NCBI GenBank assembly: GCA_003221075.1
Contig: QHUF01000239.1
Location: 1 to 36,121, forward strand
Origin: Gemmatimonadota bacterium
Lineage (GTDB): Bacteria > Gemmatimonadota > Gemmatimonadetes > Gemmatimonadales > GWC2-71-9
Length of the DNA: 36,121 nt
Reading direction: 5' to 3'
The notes beneath the pieces were generated by a model, which was given only the letters and a program-made list of their open reading frames with translations, was not told the origin of the DNA and searched no databases. Both the position numbers and the translations under genes were made by a program. Positions 22,744 through 30,130 of this stretch are shown here, in pieces; within the stretch, counting starts at the first letter, position 1, and each line of letters opens with the position of its first letter.

Positions 22744-24521
22744 CGCGGCCCGAACCCAAATCGCAGCCGATGCCGATGGATCGGGCGATTCTGTGGAACC
22801 CGCCGGCCGCACCGGGCGCCACGAGTCCCGGCGGAAAATCCACCAGCCGCTCGCCGTATCCGATTTTCTTCCAGCAGGAAGCGGTGATCGCGCTGCAGGA
22901 GCATCTCAAGAGCTCGCCGACCCAGGCGATCTTCGGCTTCCTCATCGGCGACGTCTACCGGGATCCCGAAAACGGCGCGCTGTACACCATCATCGACAAG
23001 ACGCTGAAGCTCAGCCAGCCAATTTATGGCGACAAAACCGAAGTCGTCGTATCGCGGCTGTGGGACCGCATGCAGGAACAGCTCAAGAAGGCGGCCGGCA
23101 CGCTGCTCGGCTGGTACCACAGCCATCCAGGACAGGGCGGATTCCTCACCGCGCACGACGTCGAGACGCACGACAAGTTCTTCACGGACCCGTGGCAGGT
23201 CGCCATTCTCGTAGCGGCCGAAGCCGGGGGCGTCACCGGACGATTCTTTCGCGCGACCCAAGGCAATACTGACTGGCATAAGACGCCGCTGGCGTTCTAC
23301 GAGCTATTGCAACCCGATTCCATCAAGCCGGATGGAAAAAAGCGCTCCTTCATCACGTGGAGGAACTACAAACCGTACGGGCCAACGCTGACTGGACCGA
23401 AACCGAAACCGCCCGAGCCCCCCCCGGCACCGCCGCCGCCGAAATCCGAGGAGCCCGAAGAGGCCGAGGAACCCCAGGAAGACGAAGCCGAGGCCGCCCC
23501 GAAGCCCGGCAAGACGAAGGAGCGGCCCGCAGCCGGTGACCGCGGATTCCGGATCATGCGGTCGAGCGCGGATGACATCCCTGTCATCAAGTCGAGCGCG
23601 GACGACGAGCCCGCGCCCCCGCCGGTGCCGACGCCGCCGCCGCCGGCACTACGAAAAGCGCCGGTTTTCGTTCCCACCGAGCCACCAGCGCCTCCGCCCA
23701 AGCCGCCGCCACCTCCACCTCCACCTCCACCTCCACCGCCACGTCCAGCACCGCCGGCGCGGTCGTCCGACGAAATTCCGTGGCAGGTCACGCCGGCCGA
23801 GGTCGGCGTCTCCGAGCCGTTGCCGCCGCTGCCGGCGTCGCCGCGCCGCACCTCGGCGCCCAAGTTCCGGTTGCTCGATGAGGACGAGGAGAGGGCGGCG
23901 ACGGCCGCGCCACCGGCCCCCGCGCCCGCCCCCAAGCCACGCCGCCGGAGACGGCGCGGGCCGTGGCTCAAGCGCTTCGCGATTCTCCTCTTGTTGGCGG
24001 GAGGAGGAGCGGGTGGCTATTGGTTCTTCGCGATCCGCAATCCGACTCTCCTTCCGGGATTGTTCGATCGCGCGAAGCAGTGGGTATCACGCGTCACCAA
24101 GCGGCCGCCCGCGCCTCCTCCGGCGTCGCGTCGGCCGGCGGGTTCGCCACGGGCGGCACCACCGCCTGCGGCGGCTATCGTGCCGCCCGCGCCCGCGCCG
24201 GTGCCGGTACCGGTGCCCGTGCCGCAGCCGGTTGCGCCGCCGTCACCATTTGCGCGCTTCGATCGCTTGAGTGACTCGCTGTCGCGCGCCGTGCGCAACT
24301 TCCAGGATCGCGCCGGGCTGTTTGCGAACGGTCGCATGGACTGTGGCGGTCTCGCCAGCGGTCTCGTATCGATCGAGAATCTGTGGATCAGCTATAACAC
24401 CGAGCGGCGCGCTCGGATGGCGGCCTTCGATCAACGTCGGGCGAGCCAGGATCAAGCGATGTACACTGCCGTGGACGAGGTCGAGAGCCGCTTCGAGCGG
24501 TCGGGATGCCCCAGGCCCTGA
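22740..24521 (+). CDS. Membrane-anchored JAMM/MPN-domain protein with very long proline-rich linkers
   Basis: The N-terminal domain carries the JAMM-type motif WYHSHPGQGGFLTAHD (HxH-x7-T-x2-D), with upstream Glu candidates in FFQQEAVIALQEH. Pro-rich tracts include PPPPKPPPPPPPPPPPPPRPAPP. One TM helix is present (FAILLLLAGGGAGGYWFFAI), then a second Pro-rich tract and a ~100-aa C-terminal domain with 2 Cys. Confidence 0.6.
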   Translation: MTRPEPKSQPMPMDRAILWNPPAAPGATSPGGKSTSRSPYPIFFQQEAVIALQEHLKSSPTQAIFGFLIGDVYRDPENGALYTIIDKTLKLSQPIYGDKTEVVVSRLWDRMQEQLKKAAGTLLGWYHSHPGQGGFLTAHDVETHDKFFTDPWQVAILVAAEAGGVTGRFFRATQGNTDWHKTPLAFYELLQPDSIKPDGKKRSFITWRNYKPYGPTLTGPKPKPPEPPPAPPPPKSEEPEEAEEPQEDEAEAAPKPGKTKERPAAGDRGFRIMRSSADDIPVIKSSADDEPAPPPVPTPPPPALRKAPVFVPTEPPAPPPKPPPPPPPPPPPPPRPAPPARSSDEIPWQVTPAEVGVSEPLPPLPASPRRTSAPKFRLLDEDEERAATAAPPAPAPAPKPRRRRRRGPWLKRFAILLLLAGGGAGGYWFFAIRNPTLLPGLFDRAKQWVSRVTKRPPAPPPASRRPAGSPRAAPPPAAAIVPPAPAPVPVPVPVPQPVAPPSPFARFDRLSDSLSRAVRNFQDRAGLFANGRMDCGGLASGLVSIENLWISYNTERRARMAAFDQRRASQDQAMYTAVDEVESRFERSGCPRP

Positions 24522-25501
24522 CGGTGTTGGTCGCCACGCTCCTCGCGCTGCAGGGCCAGAGCGGGGTGGGCGGCGTGGGTGGGGGAACGACGTCGTTGCG
24601 CAAGAGCGATCTCGTGCGACTGCTTTCCGGAGCCACGATGACTCCGGTGGAGTTGGCGCAGCTGGTGCGGCGCAACTGTCTGACGTTCCACCCCACCGAC
24701 CGCGATCGCAATGACTTTCGCCTGCTCGGCGCCGATCCATCGCTGCTCGTTGCGATGGACGAGTGTGCGCGGCGCGGAGCACCGCGTCGCGCGACATCCC
24801 GACCGCCCTCACCACCACCCCCGCCCGCTCCACCTCCGGCGCCTGCTCCGGTTTTTCAGGTGCAACGTATCATCGTCCACGTGTCGGCCGAGCGCAGCAG
24901 CTTCGTTTCCGGTGGTGGGCAGCGGGGCAGTGTGGGCACGCAACTGCCACGCGCGCTCGTATTCGAAGCCCGCGATTCCGCCGGAACGCCGCTCTCGGGT
25001 GAGGCGGTGACGTTCACCGGGATCAATGCGAGCATCCACCCGGTGGTGATTGCCACGGACGCCGCCGGACAAGCACGCGTGGGCGTCACGTTGGGCGAAC
25101 GTGTGGGGTCGGCGACGGTCATCGCCGCGATCGGCATCGTCGAGAAGCAGGTAGCGTTCAATGTGGCCGCGGGACCAGCGGCCCAGCTGATTGTGATGTG
25201 TCGTACCGCAAGCCTGACGGGACACGTCGTCATTCGCCCCGACAGCGTCGTGGCGTTACGCGTGTCCGCCCAGGACGGCTTTGCCAATCCCACGCCGTTG
25301 CTGGGACTCCGCGCCGGCGTGGCCGACGCGCGCATCGTGCGGGTGTTGGCTGTCGCGCCGGACAGCGCGGTGGGAACGCTCACGCTGAAGCCGGATCAGC
25401 CCGGCACGACGAGCCTCGCCGTCATCGCCAACGGCATGCGCCAATACCTGACGGTTACGGTCCCGCCTCGCGCTGCGCCTGGAAAGGTCGACTGTCCGTA
25501 A
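24506..25501 (+). CDS. Putative secreted protein with bacterial Ig-like (Big-type) beta-sandwich repeats
   Basis: The hydrophobic N-terminus is LTVLVATLLALQG, followed by a Pro-rich linker and two beta-rich segments. The first resembles Big_1-type domains (LVFEARDSAGTPLSGEAVTFTG...ATDAAGQARVGVTLG). It overlaps the upstream gene by 16 nt. Confidence 0.4.
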   Translation: MPQALTVLVATLLALQGQSGVGGVGGGTTSLRKSDLVRLLSGATMTPVELAQLVRRNCLTFHPTDRDRNDFRLLGADPSLLVAMDECARRGAPRRATSRPPSPPPPPAPPPAPAPVFQVQRIIVHVSAERSSFVSGGGQRGSVGTQLPRALVFEARDSAGTPLSGEAVTFTGINASIHPVVIATDAAGQARVGVTLGERVGSATVIAAIGIVEKQVAFNVAAGPAAQLIVMCRTASLTGHVVIRPDSVVALRVSAQDGFANPTPLLGLRAGVADARIVRVLAVAPDSAVGTLTLKPDQPGTTSLAVIANGMRQYLTVTVPPRAAPGKVDCP

Positions 25502-25521
25502 GCCCGATTGCGGATTTCGGA

Positions 25522-25551
25522 TTGCGGATTGCGGATTGGTCTGGGTAAGTT
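25522..25551 (+). promoter_or_regulatory. Candidate promoter for the SRP RNA, with the -35 supplied by the heptamer repeat
   Basis: TTGCGG (25522-25527), an 18-nt spacer, then TAAGTT (25546-25551). This is the same -10 hexamer as the candidate at 9635-9640. It would place the transcription start around 25557-25559, matching the predicted RNA 5' end. Confidence 0.3.
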
Positions 25552-25557
25552 TCCCTC

Positions 25558-25654
25558 GCCCCAGGTCCGCAGGCTTTCCGCTCGTGAACCGCGTCAGGCC
25601 CCCGCAGGGAGCAGCGCTAAACGATGTCGGGATTCGTTGCGGGGTGCCTGGGGC
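25558..25654 (+). ncRNA. ffs: Putative small (4.5S-type) signal recognition particle RNA
   Basis: GUCAGG-CCCCCGCAGGG-AGCAGC (25593-25615) resembles the conserved domain IV motif GUCAGGUCCGGAAGGAAGCAGC. The termini pair as GCCCCAGG (25558-25565) with CCUGGGGC (25647-25654), and CCGCA pairs with UGCGG next to them. The position immediately upstream of dnaX-ybaB-recR is the classic ffs synteny. The apical loop is not a clean GNRA tetraloop, so the boundaries and the call need a covariance-model check. Confidence 0.6.
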
Positions 25655-25711
25655 ATTCTACTCCCCACAAATCCGCAATCCGCAATCCGCAATTCTCGCT
25701 AGATTTCCTCC

Positions 25712-27307
25712 ATGATCGCTTTGGCTCGCAAGTACCGTCCCAAGCAATTCGCGGATCTCATCGTCCAGGACCATGTGGCCGCTGCCCTGCGCGGTGCAGT
25801 CGCCCAGGGGCGGGTCGCGCACGGCTACCTGTTCGCCGGACCGCGGGGCGTCGGCAAGACGACCGCGGCCCGGATCCTTGCCATGGCCCTGAATTGCGAG
25901 CGGCGCACCGCCGCCACAGGCGGCGAGCCCTGCGGCGAGTGCGACGCCTGCCGGCGGATCTGGACGGGTGCCGCGAATCTGGACGTCGTCGAGCTCGATG
26001 CCGCGTCGAACCGCGGCGTGGACGACGCCCGCGATCTCCGCGAGCGCGCGATGTATGCCGCGAGCACCGAGGCGGGATCGAAGGTCTATATCGTCGACGA
26101 AGCGCACATGCTGACGCGCGAGGCATGGAACGCACTGCTGAAGATTCTCGAGGAGCCGCCGCCCCGCGTCGTGTTCGTGTTCGCGACGACGGAGCCGCAG
26201 AAGATCGCCAACACCGCCGCGCCGATTCTGTCGCGGCTCCAACGCTTCGATTTCCGCCGGATCGGACCGCATGCGATCGTGTCGCGGCTCAAGCAGGTCG
26301 CGGCGGCCGAGCAGCTCAAGGTCGAGGACGATGCGCTGCACCTCATCGCCCGGAGTGCGAACGGCGGCATGCGCGACGCCCTCTCGCTGCTCGATCAGGT
26401 CCTCTCGTTTGGCGAGGGTCCGGTCACCGCGGCGCGCGTGCGGGAAGTGCTGGGGCTGATCCCCGACGAGCTCTACGCCGAGATGCTCCGGGCCATCGCG
26501 GAACGCGACCCCGCCGCCGTCTTCCCGCTCGTCGAGCGACTGCTCGAGGCCGGTGCGGACCTCAGCGAGTTCGTGAACGGCGCTGGTGAGACACTGCGCG
26601 CCCTCCTCCTCGCCGGCGTCGGCGGCCAACCCGAGGGGCTGACTGAAGGACTCATGGCGGTGGTGCGCGAGTATGCTCCACAGCTCCCGCCCGCCGACAT
26701 CGTTCGTCTCCTGACGATCCTGAGCGACTCCGAGGAGCGGCTGAGCCGCAGCGCCAACCAGCGGCTGCTCGTGGAGGTCTTGCTGCTGAGGTGGGCGATG
26801 CTTGATCGGACGGTCGAGCTATCCGAAGTGCTGGATGCGCTCAAGAACGATGGGCCGAGTCAAACGAAACCCGTTGAGCCGAACAGCCCATCTGCCCAAC
26901 CGCCCATCCGCCCATCGAGTTCTCCGGGCAAAAAGTTGGAGCCGACGCTCGACAACGTCCGTTCGATCTGGGCGCAAGTCGTGCACGATGCGCGCGCGAA
27001 GACCCCCGTGCTCGGCAGTCTCCTCGCGGAAGCCGAAGTCGTCGCCGTCGAGGGCCGCACCATCACGCTGCGACCGGGACACGCCGTGCACGCTGAGGGG
27101 CTCGAGCGGCAACGCGAGACCATCGCTCAGGCGCTGGGGACCTATATCAGCGAAGCCCCACGCGTGACGATCGCGGCAGGGGGTGGGAGAGGCTCGGAGC
27201 GCATTACTCCGGAGGGGGCTAGCGCCGAGCGACTGAAGAGTCTGCGTGCCAAAGATCCGACCCTAAGTGCCGCCGTAGACGCATTAGATTTGGAGCTGCT
27301 CGAATAG
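25712..27307 (+). CDS. dnaX: DNA polymerase III subunit gamma/tau
   Basis: Seen: LARKYRPKQFADLIVQDHV, GPRGVGKTT (Walker A), the zinc module CGECDACRRI, and IVDEAHML. Confidence 0.92.
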   Translation: MIALARKYRPKQFADLIVQDHVAAALRGAVAQGRVAHGYLFAGPRGVGKTTAARILAMALNCERRTAATGGEPCGECDACRRIWTGAANLDVVELDAASNRGVDDARDLRERAMYAASTEAGSKVYIVDEAHMLTREAWNALLKILEEPPPRVVFVFATTEPQKIANTAAPILSRLQRFDFRRIGPHAIVSRLKQVAAAEQLKVEDDALHLIARSANGGMRDALSLLDQVLSFGEGPVTAARVREVLGLIPDELYAEMLRAIAERDPAAVFPLVERLLEAGADLSEFVNGAGETLRALLLAGVGGQPEGLTEGLMAVVREYAPQLPPADIVRLLTILSDSEERLSRSANQRLLVEVLLLRWAMLDRTVELSEVLDALKNDGPSQTKPVEPNSPSAQPPIRPSSSPGKKLEPTLDNVRSIWAQVVHDARAKTPVLGSLLAEAEVVAVEGRTITLRPGHAVHAEGLERQRETIAQALGTYISEAPRVTIAAGGGRGSERITPEGASAERLKSLRAKDPTLSAAVDALDLELLE

Positions 27308-27343
27308 CTTGCTAACGGTTCCTCGAGAGGTAACTTTCGACGT

Positions 27344-27661
27344 ATGGCGGATTTATCTAGCCTGCTCCAGCTCTCTCAGCAGATGCAGGGGCGGCTTACT
27401 GAGATCCAGACGCAGCTGGCGCAGCAGACGTTGACCGTGTCGTCCGGCGGGGGGATGGTCCAGGCCACCGTCGACGGCCGGGGGCACATTCGCGGCATCA
27501 AGATCGAACCCCAGGCGGTCAGCCAGGGGGATGTGGAGATGCTCGAAGATCTCGTGCTGGCGGCTGTGGCGGAGGCGCAGAAGCGCGCGGCCGAGTTGTA
27601 TCAGGCCGAGGTGCGGAAGCTGGCGTCGGGTCTGCCGTTCCCATTCCAGTTACCGCTGTAG
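27344..27661 (+). CDS. ybaB: YbaB/EbfC-family nucleoid-associated protein
   Basis: 105 aa. Seen: LLQLSQQMQGRLTEIQTQLA..VSSGGGMVQATVDGRGHIRGIKIEP. It sits in the canonical position between dnaX and recR. Confidence 0.88.
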   Translation: MADLSSLLQLSQQMQGRLTEIQTQLAQQTLTVSSGGGMVQATVDGRGHIRGIKIEPQAVSQGDVEMLEDLVLAAVAEAQKRAAELYQAEVRKLASGLPFPFQLPL

Positions 27662-27676
27662 GCTGCGGTCCGTTCC

Positions 27677-28279
27677 GTGTCCGCCATCGAGGAGCTCGTG
27701 GCGGAGCTCGCCAAGCTCCCCGGCATCGGGCGTAAGACCGCCCAACGGCTCACGTTCCATTTGCTGAAGCAACCCGCGGAAACCGCGGAGCGGTTGGCCG
27801 ACGCCATCCGGCGGGTCCGTGGGAAAGTCATGGCGTGCGGGGTGTGCGGAAACCTGTCGGACGAGGATCCGTGCCCCATCTGCCGCGACCCGCGGCGCGA
27901 TGCGGCCTTGTTGTGTGTGGTCGAAGAATCGGGCGACGTCAATGCGATCGAGCGCGCCGGCCGCTACCGCGGCCGCTATCATGTCCTCGGCGGCAGGATC
28001 TCGCCCCTGGATGGCGTTGGACCGGACGAGCTGCATCTTGATCGGCTGCTCGCGCGATTGACGAACGGCTCCGAGGTGCGAGAGGTCATCGTCGCCACCA
28101 ACCCCTCGATGGAAGGGGAGGCGACGGCCACGTACCTCCAGCAGATCCTGAAGCCGAGCGGCGTGCGCGTCACGCGAATCGCGCGGGGACTGCCGGTGGG
28201 TGGAGACCTAGAGTACGCCGATGCGGTGACGATCGCTCAGGCGCTGGCGGCACGGCGCGAGATGTCGGAGACCGACTGA
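27677..28279 (+). CDS. recR: Recombination protein RecR
   Basis: Seen: LPGIGRKTAQRLTFHLL, the C4 zinc finger CGVCGNLSDEDPCPIC, and the Toprim region LLCVVEESGDV..HVLGG. The start is GTG. Confidence 0.92.
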   Translation: MSAIEELVAELAKLPGIGRKTAQRLTFHLLKQPAETAERLADAIRRVRGKVMACGVCGNLSDEDPCPICRDPRRDAALLCVVEESGDVNAIERAGRYRGRYHVLGGRISPLDGVGPDELHLDRLLARLTNGSEVREVIVATNPSMEGEATATYLQQILKPSGVRVTRIARGLPVGGDLEYADAVTIAQALAARREMSETD

Positions 28280-28294
28280 TCCTCCAGGAGGCGC

Positions 28295-28780
28295 ATGGCC
28301 GGGGCCGCAAGCTGGTCTTTTAGCGAGAACGATTTCAAGCAAATCCAGACGCACCTGCAGGCGTTCCTCCGCGATTCGAACGCCCGTTGTGCGCTGCTCG
28401 TTGACCGCAACGGCCAGCTGGTCGCCACCGTCGGCGAAACGCCGCAGTTCGATCCCACCGCGTTCGCGTCACTCACGGCCGCCGATTTCAGTGCCAACGA
28501 TCAACTCGCCAAAATGATCGGCGAAGCGGAGTTCGCGTCGCTCGTGCATCAGGGCGAGCGCGAGTCGATGTATCTCGCGGACGTCGCCAAGCGCGTGATC
28601 CTGGTGGTGCTGTTCGATCAGCGCGCCACCCTGGGACTCGTCAAGCTCAAAGCGAAATCGGTCGTGGGACAGCTCAACAAGGTGTTCGAGGAGATGTTCA
28701 ATCGAGTCGGCACGGGTCAGGCCCAGCAAAAGGGCCTGCTCGAGGGGGCGGAAGACGAAATTGACAAACTCTTCGGGTAA
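28295..28780 (+). CDS. mglB: Roadblock/LC7-domain protein (MglB-like GTPase-activating partner)
   Basis: 161 aa. The roadblock-like pattern is ARCALLVDRNGQLVATVGE..DPTAFASLTAADFSAN. It lies directly upstream of an MglA-type GTPase, with an AGGAGG RBS. Confidence 0.7.
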   Translation: MAGAASWSFSENDFKQIQTHLQAFLRDSNARCALLVDRNGQLVATVGETPQFDPTAFASLTAADFSANDQLAKMIGEAEFASLVHQGERESMYLADVAKRVILVVLFDQRATLGLVKLKAKSVVGQLNKVFEEMFNRVGTGQAQQKGLLEGAEDEIDKLFG

Positions 28781-28792
28781 GGGGACGCGCCC

Positions 28793-29467
28793 ATGTCGAT
28801 GATCAACTACGCGTCCCGCGAGATCAACTGCAAACTCGTGTACTACGGACCGGGCCTGGGGGGCAAGACGACCAACCTGGAGCACGTTTACGGAAAAGTC
28901 TCGCCCAACACGCGCGGGAAGATGATCTCGCTCGCCACCGAGACCGAGCGCACCCTGTTCTTCGACTTTCTCCCGGTCGATCTCGGAACGATTCGCGGTT
29001 TCAAGACGCGGTTCCACCTCTACACCGTCCCCGGCCAGGTGTACTACAACGCCAGCCGGAAGCTCATTCTCAAGGGCGTGGACGGCATCGTCTTTGTCGC
29101 CGATAGCCAAATCGAGCGCATGGAAGCGAACGTCGAGTCGATGCAGAATTTGTACGACAACATGGCGGAGTACGGGTACGATCTGACGAGGATCCCGTTC
29201 GCAATTCAGTACAACAAACGTGACCTTCCCAATGCCGCGCCGATCAAGGATCTCCAGGCGTCGCTGAATCCGGGCTGGCCGATCGAAGATGCAACGCGCC
29301 AGAAACAGATGCCTGATACGGCGCATCCCGGGGAGAACCTCGTCGACAAGATCGGCGGCGAATGGGTCGGTCACGCCCCCTACCACGAGGCGGTGGCCGT
29401 TCGCGGCGACGGTGTGTTCGACACCCTGAAGGCGGTCAGCAAGATGGTACTCAAGACGCTGAGTTAA
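28793..29467 (+). CDS. mglA: MglA-type small Ras-like GTPase with a C-terminal insertion
   Basis: It is near-identical in pattern to Myxococcus MglA as I recall it. Seen: [91 protein letters not shown]. At 224 aa it compares with ~195 aa for MglA. Confidence 0.85.
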   Translation: MSMINYASREINCKLVYYGPGLGGKTTNLEHVYGKVSPNTRGKMISLATETERTLFFDFLPVDLGTIRGFKTRFHLYTVPGQVYYNASRKLILKGVDGIVFVADSQIERMEANVESMQNLYDNMAEYGYDLTRIPFAIQYNKRDLPNAAPIKDLQASLNPGWPIEDATRQKQMPDTAHPGENLVDKIGGEWVGHAPYHEAVAVRGDGVFDTLKAVSKMVLKTLS

Positions 29468-29476
29468 GGCCCGCCG

Positions 29477-30130
29477 ATGCGCTGGACACTTCCCAACATC
29501 ATCACGCTCGCTCGCATCTGCCTCACGCCAGTGATCGCGCTGCTGCCGTTCATCTCCGGCTACTGGCCCAAAGTCATCGCGTTTGTCGTCTTCCTGATTG
29601 CCGCCTTCTCGGACCTACTGGACGGCTATCTCGCCCGCCGCTACGGCACGATCAGCGAGCTTGGCATGCTGCTCGACCCGATCGCCGACAAACTGCTGCT
29701 GTTCGCGACGCTGATTCCCATCTTCTGGATGACGCGACACCCGACGATTCTCGCCGCCGACAAAGTGGATTACGCGATCAAATGGTGGGGGAGCTTCCCC
29801 CTCTGGGTGGCCCTGCTGCTGGTGGGGCGCGAGGTGCTCATCACGGCCTTCCGGTTCTTCGCGAAGCGCCGCGGCATCGTGATTCCCGCGATGGGCGCCG
29901 GCAAACTGAAGGCGGTGGTGCAGAACATCTTCATCGGCGCGACGATCGCGTGGTTCGCCTGGAAGGATGCCATCGCGCAGATGCACCTGGCCGGTGCCTT
30001 CCGCAACTTCTGGGATCAATTCCACGGCTGGTTCGTCGCCATCACGCTGGCGGGCGCGATCGTGCTGACCGTCTATTCCCTCCTCGTCTACCTCTACCGC
30101 TACCGGACACTTCTCAAAGTCGGCAAGTGA
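29477..30130 (+). CDS. pgsA: CDP-diacylglycerol--glycerol-3-phosphate 3-phosphatidyltransferase (CDP-alcohol phosphatidyltransferase family)
   Basis: Seen: PNIITLARI, the CDP-OH_P_transf motif DLLDGYLARRYGTISELGMLLDPIADK, and multiple TM helices. Confidence 0.85.
   Translation: MRWTLPNIITLARICLTPVIALLPFISGYWPKVIAFVVFLIAAFSDLLDGYLARRYGTISELGMLLDPIADKLLLFATLIPIFWMTRHPTILAADKVDYAIKWWGSFPLWVALLLVGREVLITAFRFFAKRRGIVIPAMGAGKLKAVVQNIFIGATIAWFAWKDAIAQMHLAGAFRNFWDQFHGWFVAITLAGAIVLTVYSLLVYLYRYRTLLKVGK

Larger units (their letters stand above)
25505..25697. repeat. Inverted repeat made of tandem GCGGATT heptamers, bracketing the putative SRP RNA
   Basis: The left-arm heptamers are GCGGATT TCGGATT GCGGATT GCGGATT (25510-25537). 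The right arm is AATCCGC x3 (25670-25690) followed by a degenerate AATTCTC. The two arms are separated by 132 nt. Confidence 0.9.

Noticed and set aside
25505-25697. Whether the heptamer arrays (here and at 6767-6857) could be a CRISPR array or a minisatellite-encoded peptide.
   Set aside because: The units are 7 nt with no spacers and are arranged as complementary arms. No cas genes are present. Only the right arm at 6823-6857 is coding, and only incidentally.
26927-26935. GGC AAA AAG in dnaX at codon ~406, reminiscent of the E. coli A AAA AAG -1 frameshift site that produces the gamma subunit.
   Set aside because: The heptamer is C AAA AAG rather than a full slippery X XXY YYZ site. The -1 frame also stays open for ~77 codons instead of stopping promptly, and I found no obvious downstream stem-loop. 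It is worth only a note.
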